A stretch of DNA of 64,000 nt from the NCBI GenBank assembly GCA_050084515.1, contig CM114271.1:33542001-33606000 (forward strand). The letters are read 5' to 3'. A model generated the notes under the pieces. That model worked only from the letters and a program-made list of their open reading frames with translations, had not been told where the DNA came from and did no database searches. Of this stretch, positions 50,701-62,963 are shown one piece after another. How positions within the stretch are numbered: position 1 is the stretch's first letter; each line of letters begins with the position of its first letter. Source of the DNA: Blasia pusilla. Its lineage: Eukaryota. Made by a program: the position numbers and the translations under genes.

Positions 50701-53081
50701 TGTTAATTACAGATTCATCAATACGAGAAAGAGCTTGAGGAGATGAAAAATATGACGCGACAGGAGTACGTCGCATCGTTACGAAGGTCGGTTCTCACCC
50801 CAGCTCTTTGGAGCACGTGGTTCACTAAGTCCTTTTTTCCGTTAGGTCTTTGTACTTTCTTTACTCGTTCGATTCTGTAGTACAGGTTTGTGTACTTAGA
50901 AGCTCGGAAGATCATAATGTCAAAAGACCGTACATCTCGTTGCGCTGTCAATTTCTTGGAGAGAAGTTTATGATTGCCTGCCTCTTCATTCTACAACTCC
51001 GAATATTTTCCCCCGCGGGTCAAATTGACGTCGTTTCCATGCCTTGCCCCAAGCATTCGAGTATGGGAAGTGGTGAGGCTGCAGCTCCTCTCCGTTCCTA
51101 CCTGAGGTCTCGTTTCCTGAGTGTGTATCTGTAACGTGAATCTCGCGGCCGCAATTCTTCTTCCAGGCTCACTGATTGGCGGCAACGCTCATTTTCTTGA
51201 TTGCGCAGAAAGAGCAGTGGATTTTCGAGGGGAGCCTCTGTTTACCGCGGCGTGACCAGGTCAGTTCACGGCCGCAGCCGGGTTGTTGGAACGAGGAGGA
51301 TCGCTTGCGATTCATCACGGTTCTGAGTCGTGCGTGTTGGTGGTCGTTCCATTACGTTGTGTAGTCAGTCTATGGTTATGAGAGCAGGCCAGTGAAGAGA
51401 CAGATGTGAGGACGGGTAAGTGTGCGATCGGAGTAGTAGCCTTCCATCCCATGACTTCTCCAAGCTGCACCGGCAGAGGTGGAAACTATCCTGTGGTTTC
51501 TTTGTCAGGAGTTCCCGTGACTGCTTGACTCGATCCTAGCGTGAGCGGTCGTTAGCGCCACAGCCGATGAACATCTGGTCAATTACAACCGGTGTGGATT
51601 TATCGTGCTCACTGGTATAACATATTTTCTAAAGAGAGCTTGAAAGGCTAGAGAAATTCGAGATGAGAGTGTATTCATCGTCGGCTCTCCTTCTCCGACA
51701 GTTAGTTCAGACGTCTCCCTCACCTTAATATTTATTTGTCGTGTTAAGGGTTGGTACATGAGTGGCGGTGTCATGAATCATTAATTGATTTCTTACTGCG
51801 GAAGGTATACATTTCGTGCAGACCGTGTCGGACCCTGTGTGAAATAAACTCTGGTCTAGGCCGGAGATATTTGCAAGTCTGTTGGTCTTATATAAGTCAG
51901 CTGTAATTACTGGCCTCCAAGGTCGTGATGATTGCGATGTCTAAACCTTGAATTTGCTCTTGCTTGCAGGCACCATCAGCACGGTCGATGGCAGGCACGT
52001 ATCGGCAGGGTTGCTGGCAACAAAGATCTCTATCTCGGAACTTACAGTGAGCAACTCTCCTTGACCTACTACATGGGAGTCTGAACTGTGAGCCTGTCGT
52101 GGCTGCCTGGCAGCCACGAGACCTTCGGTGTGTTCAAAATGATTCTCGCCAGTATGTTTGGATGTTCCATGAGGCTTCTGAAGAATTACGAGGGTCTTAG
52201 GGCTCGCTCTCAGTGGTGACAGTTCTCAGAGGTGGGAAAGGCGTAACCGACGGGAGTGGGTCCGCAGAGGTTACGGCTTACCATCGGTTGTCGTACTGGA
52301 TAAGTCGAGAAGGTGTATAGAGTCTGGGTACAAACTGGCTGAGTTTAGTGTAGTCGTTGTATCATTATGGATGGGTGTCAAAGTTGGTGATGAGGGAGCG
52401 TGATTCCCTTGGCCGCTTTTCACGAGTGGGTGAGGCTTCCGCTCGGAGAGATGCGTGGATCCTGGACGCGGTGACAGAACAGTGATTAGGTGTTGTCCCA
52501 GGCGCTTCAATGCTCCGTGGTTGCCGCTTGTCGGAATGGGAAAGTACAGTAGGAGACACCCACCCTCGTCCTCCGGGTGAGGAGGGTGTTTGTCGTTCTG
52601 GGCAGTTCAGGAAAAACTTGTGCGACCGTGTGCTGAGTGATTTGCCGGTGGTTTTTTCCTCGTTTCTTTTCGTTTTTTTCCAGGTACGCAAGAGGAGGCC
52701 GCGGAAGCTTATGACATCGCCGCGATCAAGTTTCGTGGGATCAATGCGGTGACGAACTTCGATATCAGCCGCTACGACACTAAGAGAATATGTGGCACGG
52801 CACACAACTCTGGGGATGGTGAGTCTCAGAAGCCGAATGTGTCCCTCGGTGGTCAAACTACCTCGACCAAGGAGCTGGCGCAGGCTCCACCCGAGCAGCC
52901 CGGTGACCCTAGCGTGGATGGACATCAAACTGATGAGGATTCCCAGAGCTTGCAAACGGGGAATACGAACACGAGCCAGGCCACAGATGGCCTGGTGTCC
53001 AAGTCACAGCTCCAGGAATGGCAAATGTTGTACCAGCAACAGGCACAGAGGAATTGGGACGATCCAAATCATCATCAGCAG

Positions 53082-53116
<35 letters not shown>

Positions 53117-53606
53117 GCAGGACGCGAGAACACAGTCACTGATTTCCGACTCTCTAGGGCACAAGTTTCTCCAGTCTCCTGGAGGGAACATGAATTCTGC
53201 CGTGCTGCGGAACTTGATGGGCCTGAGCGATGCCGGGGCATCTGGCAGCGAGTCGTCCGGAGGACTTTTGACCGGTTTACCTGGGGGTTCGGGCAGTACG
53301 ATGTTGGGGAGTTCGGGTTTTTCAGGAACTCAAAGCCCAAAGTCACTTAGAGAGAGCGAGGAAGAGTGCTCCAAGAGCGGAGCGGGATCCGGGTACGAGA
53401 ATGTCTTGCAAGGTGGAGATCTGTCTCGACACTTACTGTATCTATCGCAGCAGCAGTCTCCCCCTAACGGTTCCGCAAAGTCCACGAACAACTACGACAA
53501 CAGCTCTTTAGGGGGCTCGTCGTGGATGAGCCCTCAAAGTGGATTGAACGGGAGGGTGAATCTGAGTGTAGGTCACATGCCAATTTTTGCAGTTTGGAAC
53601 GATTAA
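47469..53606 (+). CDS. ANT: AINTEGUMENTA/PLETHORA-like (euANT lineage) double-AP2-domain transcription factor; join(47469..47724,48575..49445,49851..49933,50116..50124,50299..50387,50713..50786,51209..51259,51970..52046,52684..53606); 2433 nt, 810 aa
   Basis: All introns are GT-AG and phases join into one open frame. N-terminus [14 protein letters not shown] (euANT2), [18 protein letters not shown] (euANT3), [21 protein letters not shown] (euANT4). AP2-R1 [58 protein letters not shown] carries the euANT1 insertion. Linker [32 protein letters not shown]2-R2 [51 protein letters not shown]-terminus MPIFAVWND*. Internal exon sizes 83/9/89/74/51/77 nt are typical of this family. Exact orthology (ANT vs PLT/AIL/APB) needs a phylogeny. 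Confidence 0.96.
48575..49445 (+). CDS. ANT: ANT-like coding exon 2 (euANT3 and euANT4 motifs, start of AP2-R1)
   Basis: Acceptor TGTTTCAG|AT (phase 1); 871 nt open; ends YRGVT-R; donor AG|GTGAGC. Confidence 0.93.
49851..49933 (+). CDS. ANT: ANT-like coding exon 3 (AP2-R1)
   Basis: TGTAG|A CAC CGT TGG...; [27 protein letters not shown]; donor G|GTTAGT. Confidence 0.96.
50116..50124 (+). CDS. ANT: 9-nt AP2 'VYL' microexon (coding exon 4)
   Basis: CACAG|TTTACTTAG|GTACTT; joins as G+TT TAC TTA G+GA = V-Y-L-G; branch-like CTAAT at 50063-50067. Confidence 0.92.
   Translation, partial: FT
50299..50387 (+). CDS. ANT: ANT-like coding exon 5 (AP2-R1 C-terminal half)
   Basis: TTTGCAG|GA GGA TAT...; [29 protein letters not shown]; donor CCG|GTACTT. 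Confidence 0.96.
50713..50786 (+). CDS. ANT: ANT-like coding exon 6 (linker)
   Basis: TTACAG|ATT CAT...; [24 protein letters not shown]; donor AG|GTCGGT. Confidence 0.96.
51209..51259 (+). CDS. ANT: ANT-like coding exon 7
   Basis: GCGCAG|A AAG AGC...; [16 protein letters not shown]; donor AG|GTCAGT. Confidence 0.96.
51970..52046 (+). CDS. ANT: ANT-like coding exon 8 (AP2-R2)
   Basis: TTGCAG|G CAC CAT...; [25 protein letters not shown]; donor A|GTGAGC. Confidence 0.96.
52684..53606 (+). CDS. ANT: ANT-like coding exon 9 (end of AP2-R2, poly-Q, C-terminal motif)
   Basis: Poly-T tract + CCAG|GT ACG...; [31 protein letters not shown] ... [13 protein letters not shown] at 53604-53606. Confidence 0.96.
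53076..53120 (+). repeat. Coding CAG/CAA repeat, poly-Q15
   Basis: (CAG)5(CAA)2(CAG)8 in frame in exon 9. Confidence 0.95.
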
Positions 53607-56214
53607 GGGAAGAAGAGTTTCTGTGCATGAATCGGCTGTTGTGCAGGCGTAGACTTCCTATGCCCCTCCTAGCCCACCAGCTACTGATAGGAGTTTTGTC
53701 TCTGCCGCGTCAGGTTCATGGGTCTAGTTGGATGAACTGTGAGTCGGAGCTTCCCCTACTTCCCCTTTTTTGTTCTACTGGGGAAGGGGGAACCATGTAC
53801 TGTAGCTGCTACCCCCTTTTTTGGTCACTCCAGCCTAGGAAAGAGGACCTGTTTATGTGTAGCTGCTGAATTGTGATACATTCAAATTAAACTCTACGCC
53901 ATATGGCACATGTAAAATGGTGTGCGAAGAATTCTTTTATGCAAATCCGAAAGGGGTTGTATGATTGTAAATACTGTTTGGCGAAAATACCTTCAGTCCC
54001 GATTCCCTCTCTGACTGTCTTCCAGATGTTTGACTCGTTGTAGAAAGAAAACTATGAAATCGCCTGTGCAGTTGAAATTATCTTGCAATTCCCCACTGGC
54101 ACTTCATGTGTCACTTCAAATACGCTTCATGTGTCACGTTCTTGGCCCGCCGGCCTCTGCTTGGAGGTATGCAACATATACCGGACATCTGTAGTTTCAC
54201 TTTACGCGTGAAACTTCGAATGCCACATCTCTAAATGCCGCATCGTCCGAAAACTTCAGAAAACCCCTGGCGTCTCCGCGCAGCCATCCCGTTAACTGAT
54301 ATTGTGTTCTACCACACTCGACCCCAAACCTCAGACGTTAGGACTTTTTCATTGTGGCAATGCCACACGACAGATGAAAAACAAACCTGAAGCAGCTGTT
54401 GTCTGCCAGCCCCAGGTAATGGCTCTGTAAACAAAGGAAATATGTGGCGTGGAGTTGAACTTGGACGCTCTGACCCAGAAGCCGGGAAGCGAAAGGTAAG
54501 TCTCGCAGAGAGGCTGCGATCATCACATGGAATTGTAAATTTGAATATGACCGGATCCCCACACCTGTCACGCACAGCAGTTGGAAAGAACTATTGTAAA
54601 TGTCGCGATCAGGATAGGAGGGACAGCCCCGGTTGTGGCGAACGCGCGGTGCCATAGGCAGCGTAAAAATTCCTCTTGCGTCGACCTCCGATGGATAAAT
54701 CTCTCGAGCGCAAAAGTTTGAGAAGTCCGAGAAAGAAGGGTAATCGAGGACCCGTGGGGACATTGGTAACTAGGCGAACCGGCAATCAATGGTGTTCGAA
54801 GATCTAGTCGCAATGAAGACTGCGCTACTGAAAGAAACGTGAAGAAAGGTGCTATCACGTGTACTTCTCCGCAACGATTGGTCGCTTTAGAGGCATCTCA
54901 TCCGAACGTCCCGCAGTTTCACGCAAGGAATTGCGAAATCAAGTGAGAATTAAGTTATAATCATTCATCGTATCGCCGATCTCATAATTTACCGCTCCAC
55001 AGGTGACAGTCACGATTCCGTGCTCTCGAGCGCGCGCCTGGCTCTCCAGGATTACTTATTATTACTTTGCGATGGAGCGTCACGGCATCCGCTTATTACC
55101 GCGATGGAGATCGATCAGCGTATGATACTATGGTGAGGTTAATCAGTATATAGCCTCGCGACCGACACAGGAGTCGGTACGACAGCGAGGATATCCTTGT
55201 GATACGTACTTGGTATGATCGAACTAAATTAAAGCTGTCACCGGAACTGTGAAAAGCGAAACAAATAAATTTGAACCTGCACTAGACCGAGGACCATGCT
55301 GACCTATAGCTACGAAAGGTACGATTACCTGAATCCAGCGATACTGTGAATTCCAAACCTGGTAGACCTAGATCTACGTACGCTTTTACCGGGCTGCGTC
55401 GGTTGATGGGACTTGCTATAAATACTTTCGATGTCGTCTCTTTCACAGCGCTCTATTAAAGTGGCGGGCAGTGTTACTTTCGCTTCCAAGGTCCCGTGAT
55501 GTTGTTCATTGTGATCGTGTCGGATGGAAGGAAAATACAGGGTAGAATTTAGTTCAGCTAACACTCCAAAAGCAAGACCTTTGAATATCTCGAGCATGTT
55601 CTACCGGTCTTTGGGAAGAAAGAAAGATGTGTCTTTCCCCTGTGCGAAGAGCGGGGCGACTGCAGTGACATTTAAGGTACAACTACTGTTAGAGTCATGA
55701 TGGAGCAAGTGTGTCGAGATGAATCGTCCGATTCAAACTTTATCACGGAAACCAATGACAGAGCGCTTCAGAGTCAAGGCGTTTTGGACAGGTACTCATG
55801 TGAAGTAAATGTCCGTTATCCATCAAGCGTTAAGATTTCACACACCTCCGCACACAACTGCCAGCTTCACAGTAAAGCGCAACGATGGCGGCACATAAAT
55901 ATAGCGCAAGAAGCGAGCGAGCGAGCTCTAGGGCGGACTCAACAGTGTTCCAAGGACAAATCTTCTCCCTGCAGGTCCTACAGGAATCATCTCACTACTA
56001 CTGTGCACAGCTCATTCATTCATTCAACGTCTAAGTCGAGCCGGGCAAGATGACCGCGACTGTTGCTCCCCGCACCGCCACTATTCACTCGTCCCTCCCC
56101 CCGACTCGAAAGGTTAGCTGATGCCCCGCGAAGATGGAAGGGACTATCGCTTTTCCCCCGCGGCTGCAGGTAAAGCAGCAAGCCACGGAGGCCTTTCGAC
56201 TGTATACGGGGGGG

Positions 56215-56299
56215 ATCGCATGAAGCGAACCTTTAGTACTGTGTAGGCATTTGAAGCGTATATGGGCATCGCATGAAACGAACCTTCAGTACAGTGAAG
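56215..56299 (+). repeat. Short direct repeat, period 53 bp
   Basis: ATCGCATGAAGCGAACCTTTAGTACTGTG vs ATCGCATGAAACGAACCTTCAGTACAGTG. Confidence 0.8.
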
Positions 56300-56593
56300 T
56301 GTCAGTTCGCAAGCCAGGTCCCAACTTTTATATTATTACAAATGTATCAGCGACTGACCGAAGCTCGGAGATCGAGATGGTGCTGCCGTTCGCTGCAGGC
56401 AGGGGGGAGCAGGCAGCCGCAACAGTGGAACCGTAAACATTTCCTGGTACTGTACATGTCTACTACAAGAGAGTGGGAGGCTGTTTTTCTACCACCCCCA
56501 CTAACGTGGCCGCCTGCCTCTGCTCAGGCAGGGCCCGCGAAGTTTCCCATGATCTCTGCAACCTCCACGGCGGGTAATTCTCCCACGGGTGTG

Positions 56594-56615
56594 TATATAT
56601 ATATATATATATATA
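56594..56615. repeat. (TA)n microsatellite
   Basis: About 11 TA units. Confidence 0.9.
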
Positions 56616-59600
56616 CCTATATTTGACCGGTGTTTTGTTCGTTTTGCACTTAAGTTCCCGGTAAGTAACTCGAGAGGCTCATAAAAACATGGGTTAATCA
56701 GTGCTCTCATCACATGTTTCGAGATTACATTAATCCCGAGGGAGCAAATCGAGTTTAAATTCGCTGATCAGGGGAGTTACGTTTGGGGTTCCCACTTAAC
56801 TTCTCTCGTACCGGTAAGGGGGAGAGAATTTTTCACGAGTCCCGATCAAATTCTTCTAGCTAGACTTGCGAGTTACCTGCTTCACTCGCAAGGTAATTCC
56901 CGACCGATTGTCGTTACTCGAAACCGAACCAGTCGGAAAAGAAATACATACGTGCAGCCCCGGCCCGGAGCGAGGGAGGGCTCGAGACTGCATGTGCACC
57001 CTGAGACCTCAGACACACGGAGACCCGCGGCGACATTTTATAATCTCCATCTATCTGTGCCTTTCGGGCGTCGCTCCGCACGCAGTAGCGAAGCTTTTGG
57101 AAATATTTATGCGCGCGCCCGACTATTGCCGGAAGCTAAATCCATTCCAACACTGTAACTTCTGGAGTCTGGACCTACAGAGATGGACGCATGAGCTGTA
57201 GCACATTCTGAAATGTGGGCCAACGGGATCGGCATTTTACTCTCGATCTCCGCTCGTCTCCGACTTAAATTCGGACTCGATCTTCTTGGAACTGGACATC
57301 ACGTGCCTCCCATCCTAAAGCTTTTTTGACCGCAAGATAAAGCTCACGAGAGATTCATTAAATATTTGGAAAGCTTAGGGTTCCAAATGTGGGGCACCAC
57401 GAGAGCTTGTACATGAAATGCTCGCCTCGTCGATGTCACGTCACGTATCGTTGGAATTGGGTTGATCTTCCATCTCGCACTCGGGTGATGGAATTGATGT
57501 CTGTCAGATGAGAAGGGGGGGGGAGGGGGTTTGGGGATCAGCTTCCTCCTTTATCGAAATCGAAATTGTTTCCAAGTTTTGGAGTGAACGAAATGCCCAC
57601 GAGTGAAGATGACCAGCTAGGACTCCGATCTCAATCCGAGCCTGCGAGCCTGAATGATCTAGCCGTCTCCGAATGATGACATCGCCAAAGTCTTCAGACT
57701 TGCATCATGGGACGGGATAGCAATCGATCTATCGATCTCGGCGATGTCCGCACCTCCGCGAAGGGTGCTAAACCGGCGCTTCAATCGCGGAATTTTCTCT
57801 GGAGCGGACTAGAAAGTATGCAGGAGAGACCCCCTAAACCCCTCGGACCCTCCTCCTGCCCTGCAGACGACGATCTGTGGAGCTCGGGCCTTGGTTTCTG
57901 GGCTGCACCCAAAGAAAGGACAAGGATGGTGCGACGCAGCAGAGGAGAGGAGAGGAGAGGGGAGGGCGGTGCAGGCTGGTTACTGGTAGCGCCACCGAGG
58001 CTTGTACGGTGATATCAGGAAGGAGCGGGGGACTCGGAGAGAAGAAGCGGAGATCCAACAGAGACCGACGGAGTGGAGACCGGGGAAACGCGGCCCCTGG
58101 GCCGTGGCGACGACCGAAAAGCCTTTTGGCGGTGCGCGGCTAGTAGCCTCGTCGGTCGGTTAATAGGTTCGGGACTGACTGACGGGGTCACGAGGTAGCA
58201 AGTAGTGTGGGCACAAAGGAGGACTGGTCCGTCACTCAATGAGTAGATTAATGGAGATTTGTTGATTCGAACGGTTACAGCGCTCCTTGGCCAGGTGGCC
58301 CGCATTAAGAGCGCATTGCATTGGATCTGCTGCTCGGCTGCCTCAATGATGTGGGCCCCATTTGGTCTTTTTTTTTCCTTTAGGCGTATTTCCTGCTGAT
58401 TAAAGGTACTTTTGTTGTTTTGTGAGTGGCGTCCTGCTTCACAGCGCATCGATGACTCCTCCCCCGCTCTGCGATCTAACCAATCGGGTCCACCCCTCCA
58501 CTTCCCCTTCCCGCTCTCCCTTTCCCACCCGCGACCAACCCAACTGGACCGAACCGAACTTGGCCTTGTTATTTTCCCGTTCATCTAGATATCTCCTCTC
58601 CTCTCTACGCTACGCTAGTCTACACGAGTGTACTCGACTGTGCGGACTATCTGAACAGTCTCTCTCTCGACTTTGAACAGCCGCCGTATTTCCCTGAGCC
58701 ATGTGGAGGCAGGAGGAGGAGGAGGAGCACACAATTGTTGTAGATCTGGACGATATCGATCGACGGCAGGGCGGCGTCTCTCGCGTCCGGCTGGCTGAAC
58801 CAACAGATCGTACGTCCCCTGAGGAAGGGCTAGCTCTCTCGCTTTAATCCTTCTTGGTCCGGTATTACGATCACTGTTTGCTTCATTATTCTATGCATCA
58901 GGTGTCCGACCCTCGCTCCCAGTCCGGAGTCCGGACATGGAAACGTACTTACTACATGTCCCACTCAGTCACTCACTAAATGGATGAATAGTGCGTGTGC
59001 GTCCATACGTGTACGTACGTACGTACCTACCTTCCTGCCTGCAGGCCTTAGCCGCTAGCTTCCACGTAACGTGAGGAGGAGATGAGGACTGACTGTCGAC
59101 TCACAAGGAGGGGATGAGGACGAACTCTGGTGCGAAGATCCAAACGGTAGATTCTGGCAGTCTCTTCTCCAGGCAGACTGCTCTCCAGGCGAACATCGAC
59201 TCTCCGCTCCGCTCCGCTCAGACTCTTTGCTGGCACATAAATACATCAGATCAGGTCTCGAAGTTCCTCCCAGATTCACTTAATAACAAACTCGCGAGCA
59301 GCAGTCTCGTATCCTCTCTTTTTTAGGTGGACTGAACGAGACCATGTCACCCCCAACACCGTACGACGAGGCTCAAGATCATGTCCCCAACCCCATCAGA
59401 TGCTTGACCGACTTGCTACAGTTCCCTCCCAATCCAGGCAGGGCCTAGGGCTCAACGACGTTCCTTCCATCGAAAAAAATCAACACCTCGTACTACTGCT
59501 AATCGACCTACATTCTATGTCATGCGATCTGTAACTGCGAACGCACTGCGCACGAAATTCATCCTCATCGTGCTCCTCCTTCCATTCCAGGATTACTGCT

Positions 59601-61160
59601 AATGAAGGATTGACGAACTTCGATATGCGCTAATCCATGCGAAATCCAACTAATCCCACGGTTTCCAACGCCCTTGATTAGCAACAATCAAGAATCAGGC
59701 GAAAACATGCGATGATCCACGCGACTTACGCTAATCGTGCTCCCGTACGAAGGCCCCATGCTTCCCGGGTCTCTCCTAATGGTGGATCATGCCGATCAAC
59801 TCTTTGGCATAGAGATGTCGTTCATCGACTCACGATGACTTCATGAATGAAATTATAAACTTTTCGATCTTTCTTTCACGCTGAAAACACGTAGCGCTTG
59901 GACGACCGTTTTTACTCAGACTGGGCTAATGTAATAAATATCCCAACGACTTCATTCAAATCATGCTTTAGAAGTCTATCCTCCTAATAAGACGCCATTA
60001 TCGTAGCACTGGGTGAGGCAGGATTAGATGTACAAACCAAGAAAACAGCCCTATCTTATCCTATTTCGCAAACTTTTGCCAAAGGGGGTGGCATCATCTA
60101 GTCTTTATTCTAGTAGTGGCATTTTGTGAACCTTCCTTAGTCCGTGTCTGTTTACTTTTTACTACAGTGACGATGTACATTAAGTTGTGGAGTTTTAAAC
60201 GAGGTCGAGAAAGGATGTGTTTATTGTTCGACAAGAGTAAGGCAACACGATACAATTGAACTGCAATCGACCCACGTAGAAATATCACACAAGCATTACA
60301 TAATTTGTGTTCGGGATTCACGAATGTAAAGTGGTATAGTAATGTCGTGCACGAATGTTCTAGATATGTTAGTTTCTTGGGTTTTCTTTATTAATTAAAA
60401 AAATTAATTATTCATTTTCATGCAATACATGAGTCATGAAATCAATGGAATGTGGTTTAGCGTGTTATTGTATATATGTATCCGTGATGGGAACACTTTC
60501 TTATTTCTCCTTTACCTTTTTTATTTAACATGGGTTGATATACAAAGCTTAAAGAGACCCTAAGGAGATAAAAAGTACCCCACATAAATTCTTATGGTAT
60601 AGAATTTCATTTGATATAGAGAATGTATGCATTGTGTTCATACTTTCATTTTTTCTAAATAGAAATATCATATTTATTATCTAGTAAGACAACTAGGGTT
60701 ATCATTATTATACGTATGTTAGAAAATAAAGAACATGTTAAACCTAACATGAAAGGAGAACGGGAAAGATAAATTAGTGCAGGGATAGGAGGAATTTTTC
60801 TTAAGAGTATAACAGGAAACATTTTTTTCTACGAAATAAAAAAGAGGGCAGAATATATAAAAAGTTGGCCCCAAAACTACTAGAGGTTGGATGAAGGTCA
60901 TTCCATTCTAAAGAGGGATACATGCGATAAAATTTTCAAACGAGCAAATTTTAATGAGCCAAATTTGGTCACAACGAGATTCTTTCCAATCTCTAACGTG
61001 AGTGGATTAACTTTTTATAAAAATGATCGGCGATCTATCCCTCACCCCTCAACTTTTCATTGCACACGAGTCTTTTTGAAGTCTCTAAAAGTACTCTCCA
61101 TCTAATTATGCACTTAATTCAAAACTATTCCTCCAGCGTTTCCTCACACGACTGATTATA

Positions 61161-61321
61161 ATATGTAATACGCTCTGAAACAGCAGAGAAATATTTTCCT
61201 TTTAACACTCTCTATGTTTTTCACATAACACCTCTTCATTATTATATGTAATATGCATTTAAACAGCAGAGAAATATTTTCCTCTTAAGACTCCCTATGT
61301 TTCTCGCAAAACACTTCTTCA
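61161..61321 (+). repeat. Tandem repeat, two copies, period 83 bp
   Basis: ATATGTAATA...AAACAGCAGAGAAATATTTTCCT..TAA.ACTC.CTATGTTT at 61161 and 61244. Confidence 0.9.
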
Positions 61322-62954
61322 ACAAGTAATGAAGCGCGTCCCAAGTCGAAGTTATTTTCAGAGATTCTTTCGTAAAGAAGATAGCTTCTTGATTTGAATT
61401 ACAATTATGTGACGGAAAGACCTTTTCTCTTTGTTCCAAAACAGTACCAGCGCTTTACGTGAAACTAACTTTCCTTTGTGGGCGCGCTTTTCATCGGGAG
61501 CTGTTTTCGTTAAGGAGGAAAGCCATGTAAGCACTTGTGTAAGTTTGAAACGGAGATTTTAATTTTCTGAAAATGAATATCGGAGGTTAAAATATCTTAT
61601 CTCTGTCTCGGAACATCCGTTTACTTCCCGCGACTTTTTCGAGGTTCCCAAATATCAGGAATAGATAAAGCACTTGAAAATATTCGCCGAGAGTGTTCTA
61701 CATACAAAGATAGTCCGAATCGGTTACTCGTTTCTTTCTCCTTATATCTTTTACGGGGATAACGTCGGGAAGAAGTAGCCTCTGCACTTTAAAATCGCAT
61801 AGTATATTATCTAAAGTGTCTTATATAGGATTTCCCGGAGGACTAATATCTGGTTCATGACGTGCATTAAAGCTGAGCCCTAGAATCTTCCCAGGAGTCC
61901 ACGATAAAAATAAATAAATATACTAAAGTTTCTCGAAGAACGTAGTGGATCGTTTGCCTGCTAATTCCAGTTGTGCTGCCATAAGAAATCGCCAATATGT
62001 GTGTGCCATGATCCGGCTCTTGACGACGTTGACTCACGAAACGCGCTGTCGAGGAGTGGTATGGGAAAGCGATCCGTGATGTGTATGGAGCTGTTGGTTG
62101 GGCTGTTATAAACTGGATTCGAGAAAAAGGAAAGAAGGGCCGTCGACTCTACAATTGGGGCGTCGAGTCACAGCTCGTACGATGGACGAAGAATCAAAAT
62201 AAATGGAGGGTCTTTGAGAATCCGCGAAGTGGACAAGAGGGACGAGAGAAAGTGTAACAGGAAGGCGAGGTCGGGGGGAATCTAAGGTGTAGGAAAAATA
62301 CGCAACAGTGCGATTAATTATTCATAGAAAATAGAATTTTTTTTTCTGATTTCAGGGAATAATCGCAGGGCTTCAGAAGCACGTCCATACTTTTCCCCAC
62401 TCCCCCCCCTGTGGCGACCTCCTGCACGTCGACCGTCGACGTCCATAGCTTTCGCTCGTGCTCATAACTTTCGAGCTCGATGGCAAGGGGGGGAGGGGGG
62501 AATTTATGAGGACACGACTTTGTGAAGTCCCGAAAATATGATCACGTCTGCATACTATCGTGAGTACGAAGAAAGACATCGTCCGGTCGATAAAAGCATA
62601 GAGGAGTTCACACGGATTTCGGATGTTCCTACAAGCATCACGTCACAATGTGATGCGCCCGTGCTCGACGGTGATGGGATGCAGATCTGCGATGCGGATG
62701 TTGTTCTTGAACGAAGCGAATACCGTTGTCCCTCGAGGATAATCAGCGCCAACTTTTGAGATGGTGCGCGTTCATTGATTCCTGCTACATGGATGTGGCT
62801 GCTGCTGCTGCTGCTGCTGTTGGGGGACATCTCAGGGTAATTTTCTTCTTTCTCACATGAAGCAAATCATTTCTCTGGATTTTCTTCTATACTTAGAAAA
62901 AAAAAAAAAAAAAAAAAAAACATTCTTTCCTCGGCCCTAATCTTCGAAACCCCC

Positions 62955-62963
62955 CTAGGGTTT
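62955..62963 (-). promoter_or_regulatory. Telo-box (AAACCCTAG on the - strand) in a CpG-rich promoter-like segment
   Basis: CTAGGGTTT on the + strand, next to an A24 tract (62897-62920); no associated CDS identified. Confidence 0.3.

Noticed and set aside
51122..51134. A second 'VYL' (GTGTATCTG) at the end of an intronic ORF
   Set aside because: Wrong intron (after the linker exon); the true microexon is 50116-50124
52365..53350. Antisense and alternative-frame ORFs over ANT exon 9 (poly-Ala, poly-Ser)
   Set aside because: Shadows of the coding exon and its CAG repeat
55036..55050. GCCTGGCTC, partial similarity to miR160
   Set aside because: Only 9 nt match and no precursor hairpin; no miR172 site was seen in the ANT CDS either, as expected for euANT genes
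59657..59671. Match to the ANT binding consensus (CACGGTTTCCAACGC), suggesting autoregulation
   Set aside because: A single degenerate hit in 64 kb is within chance expectation
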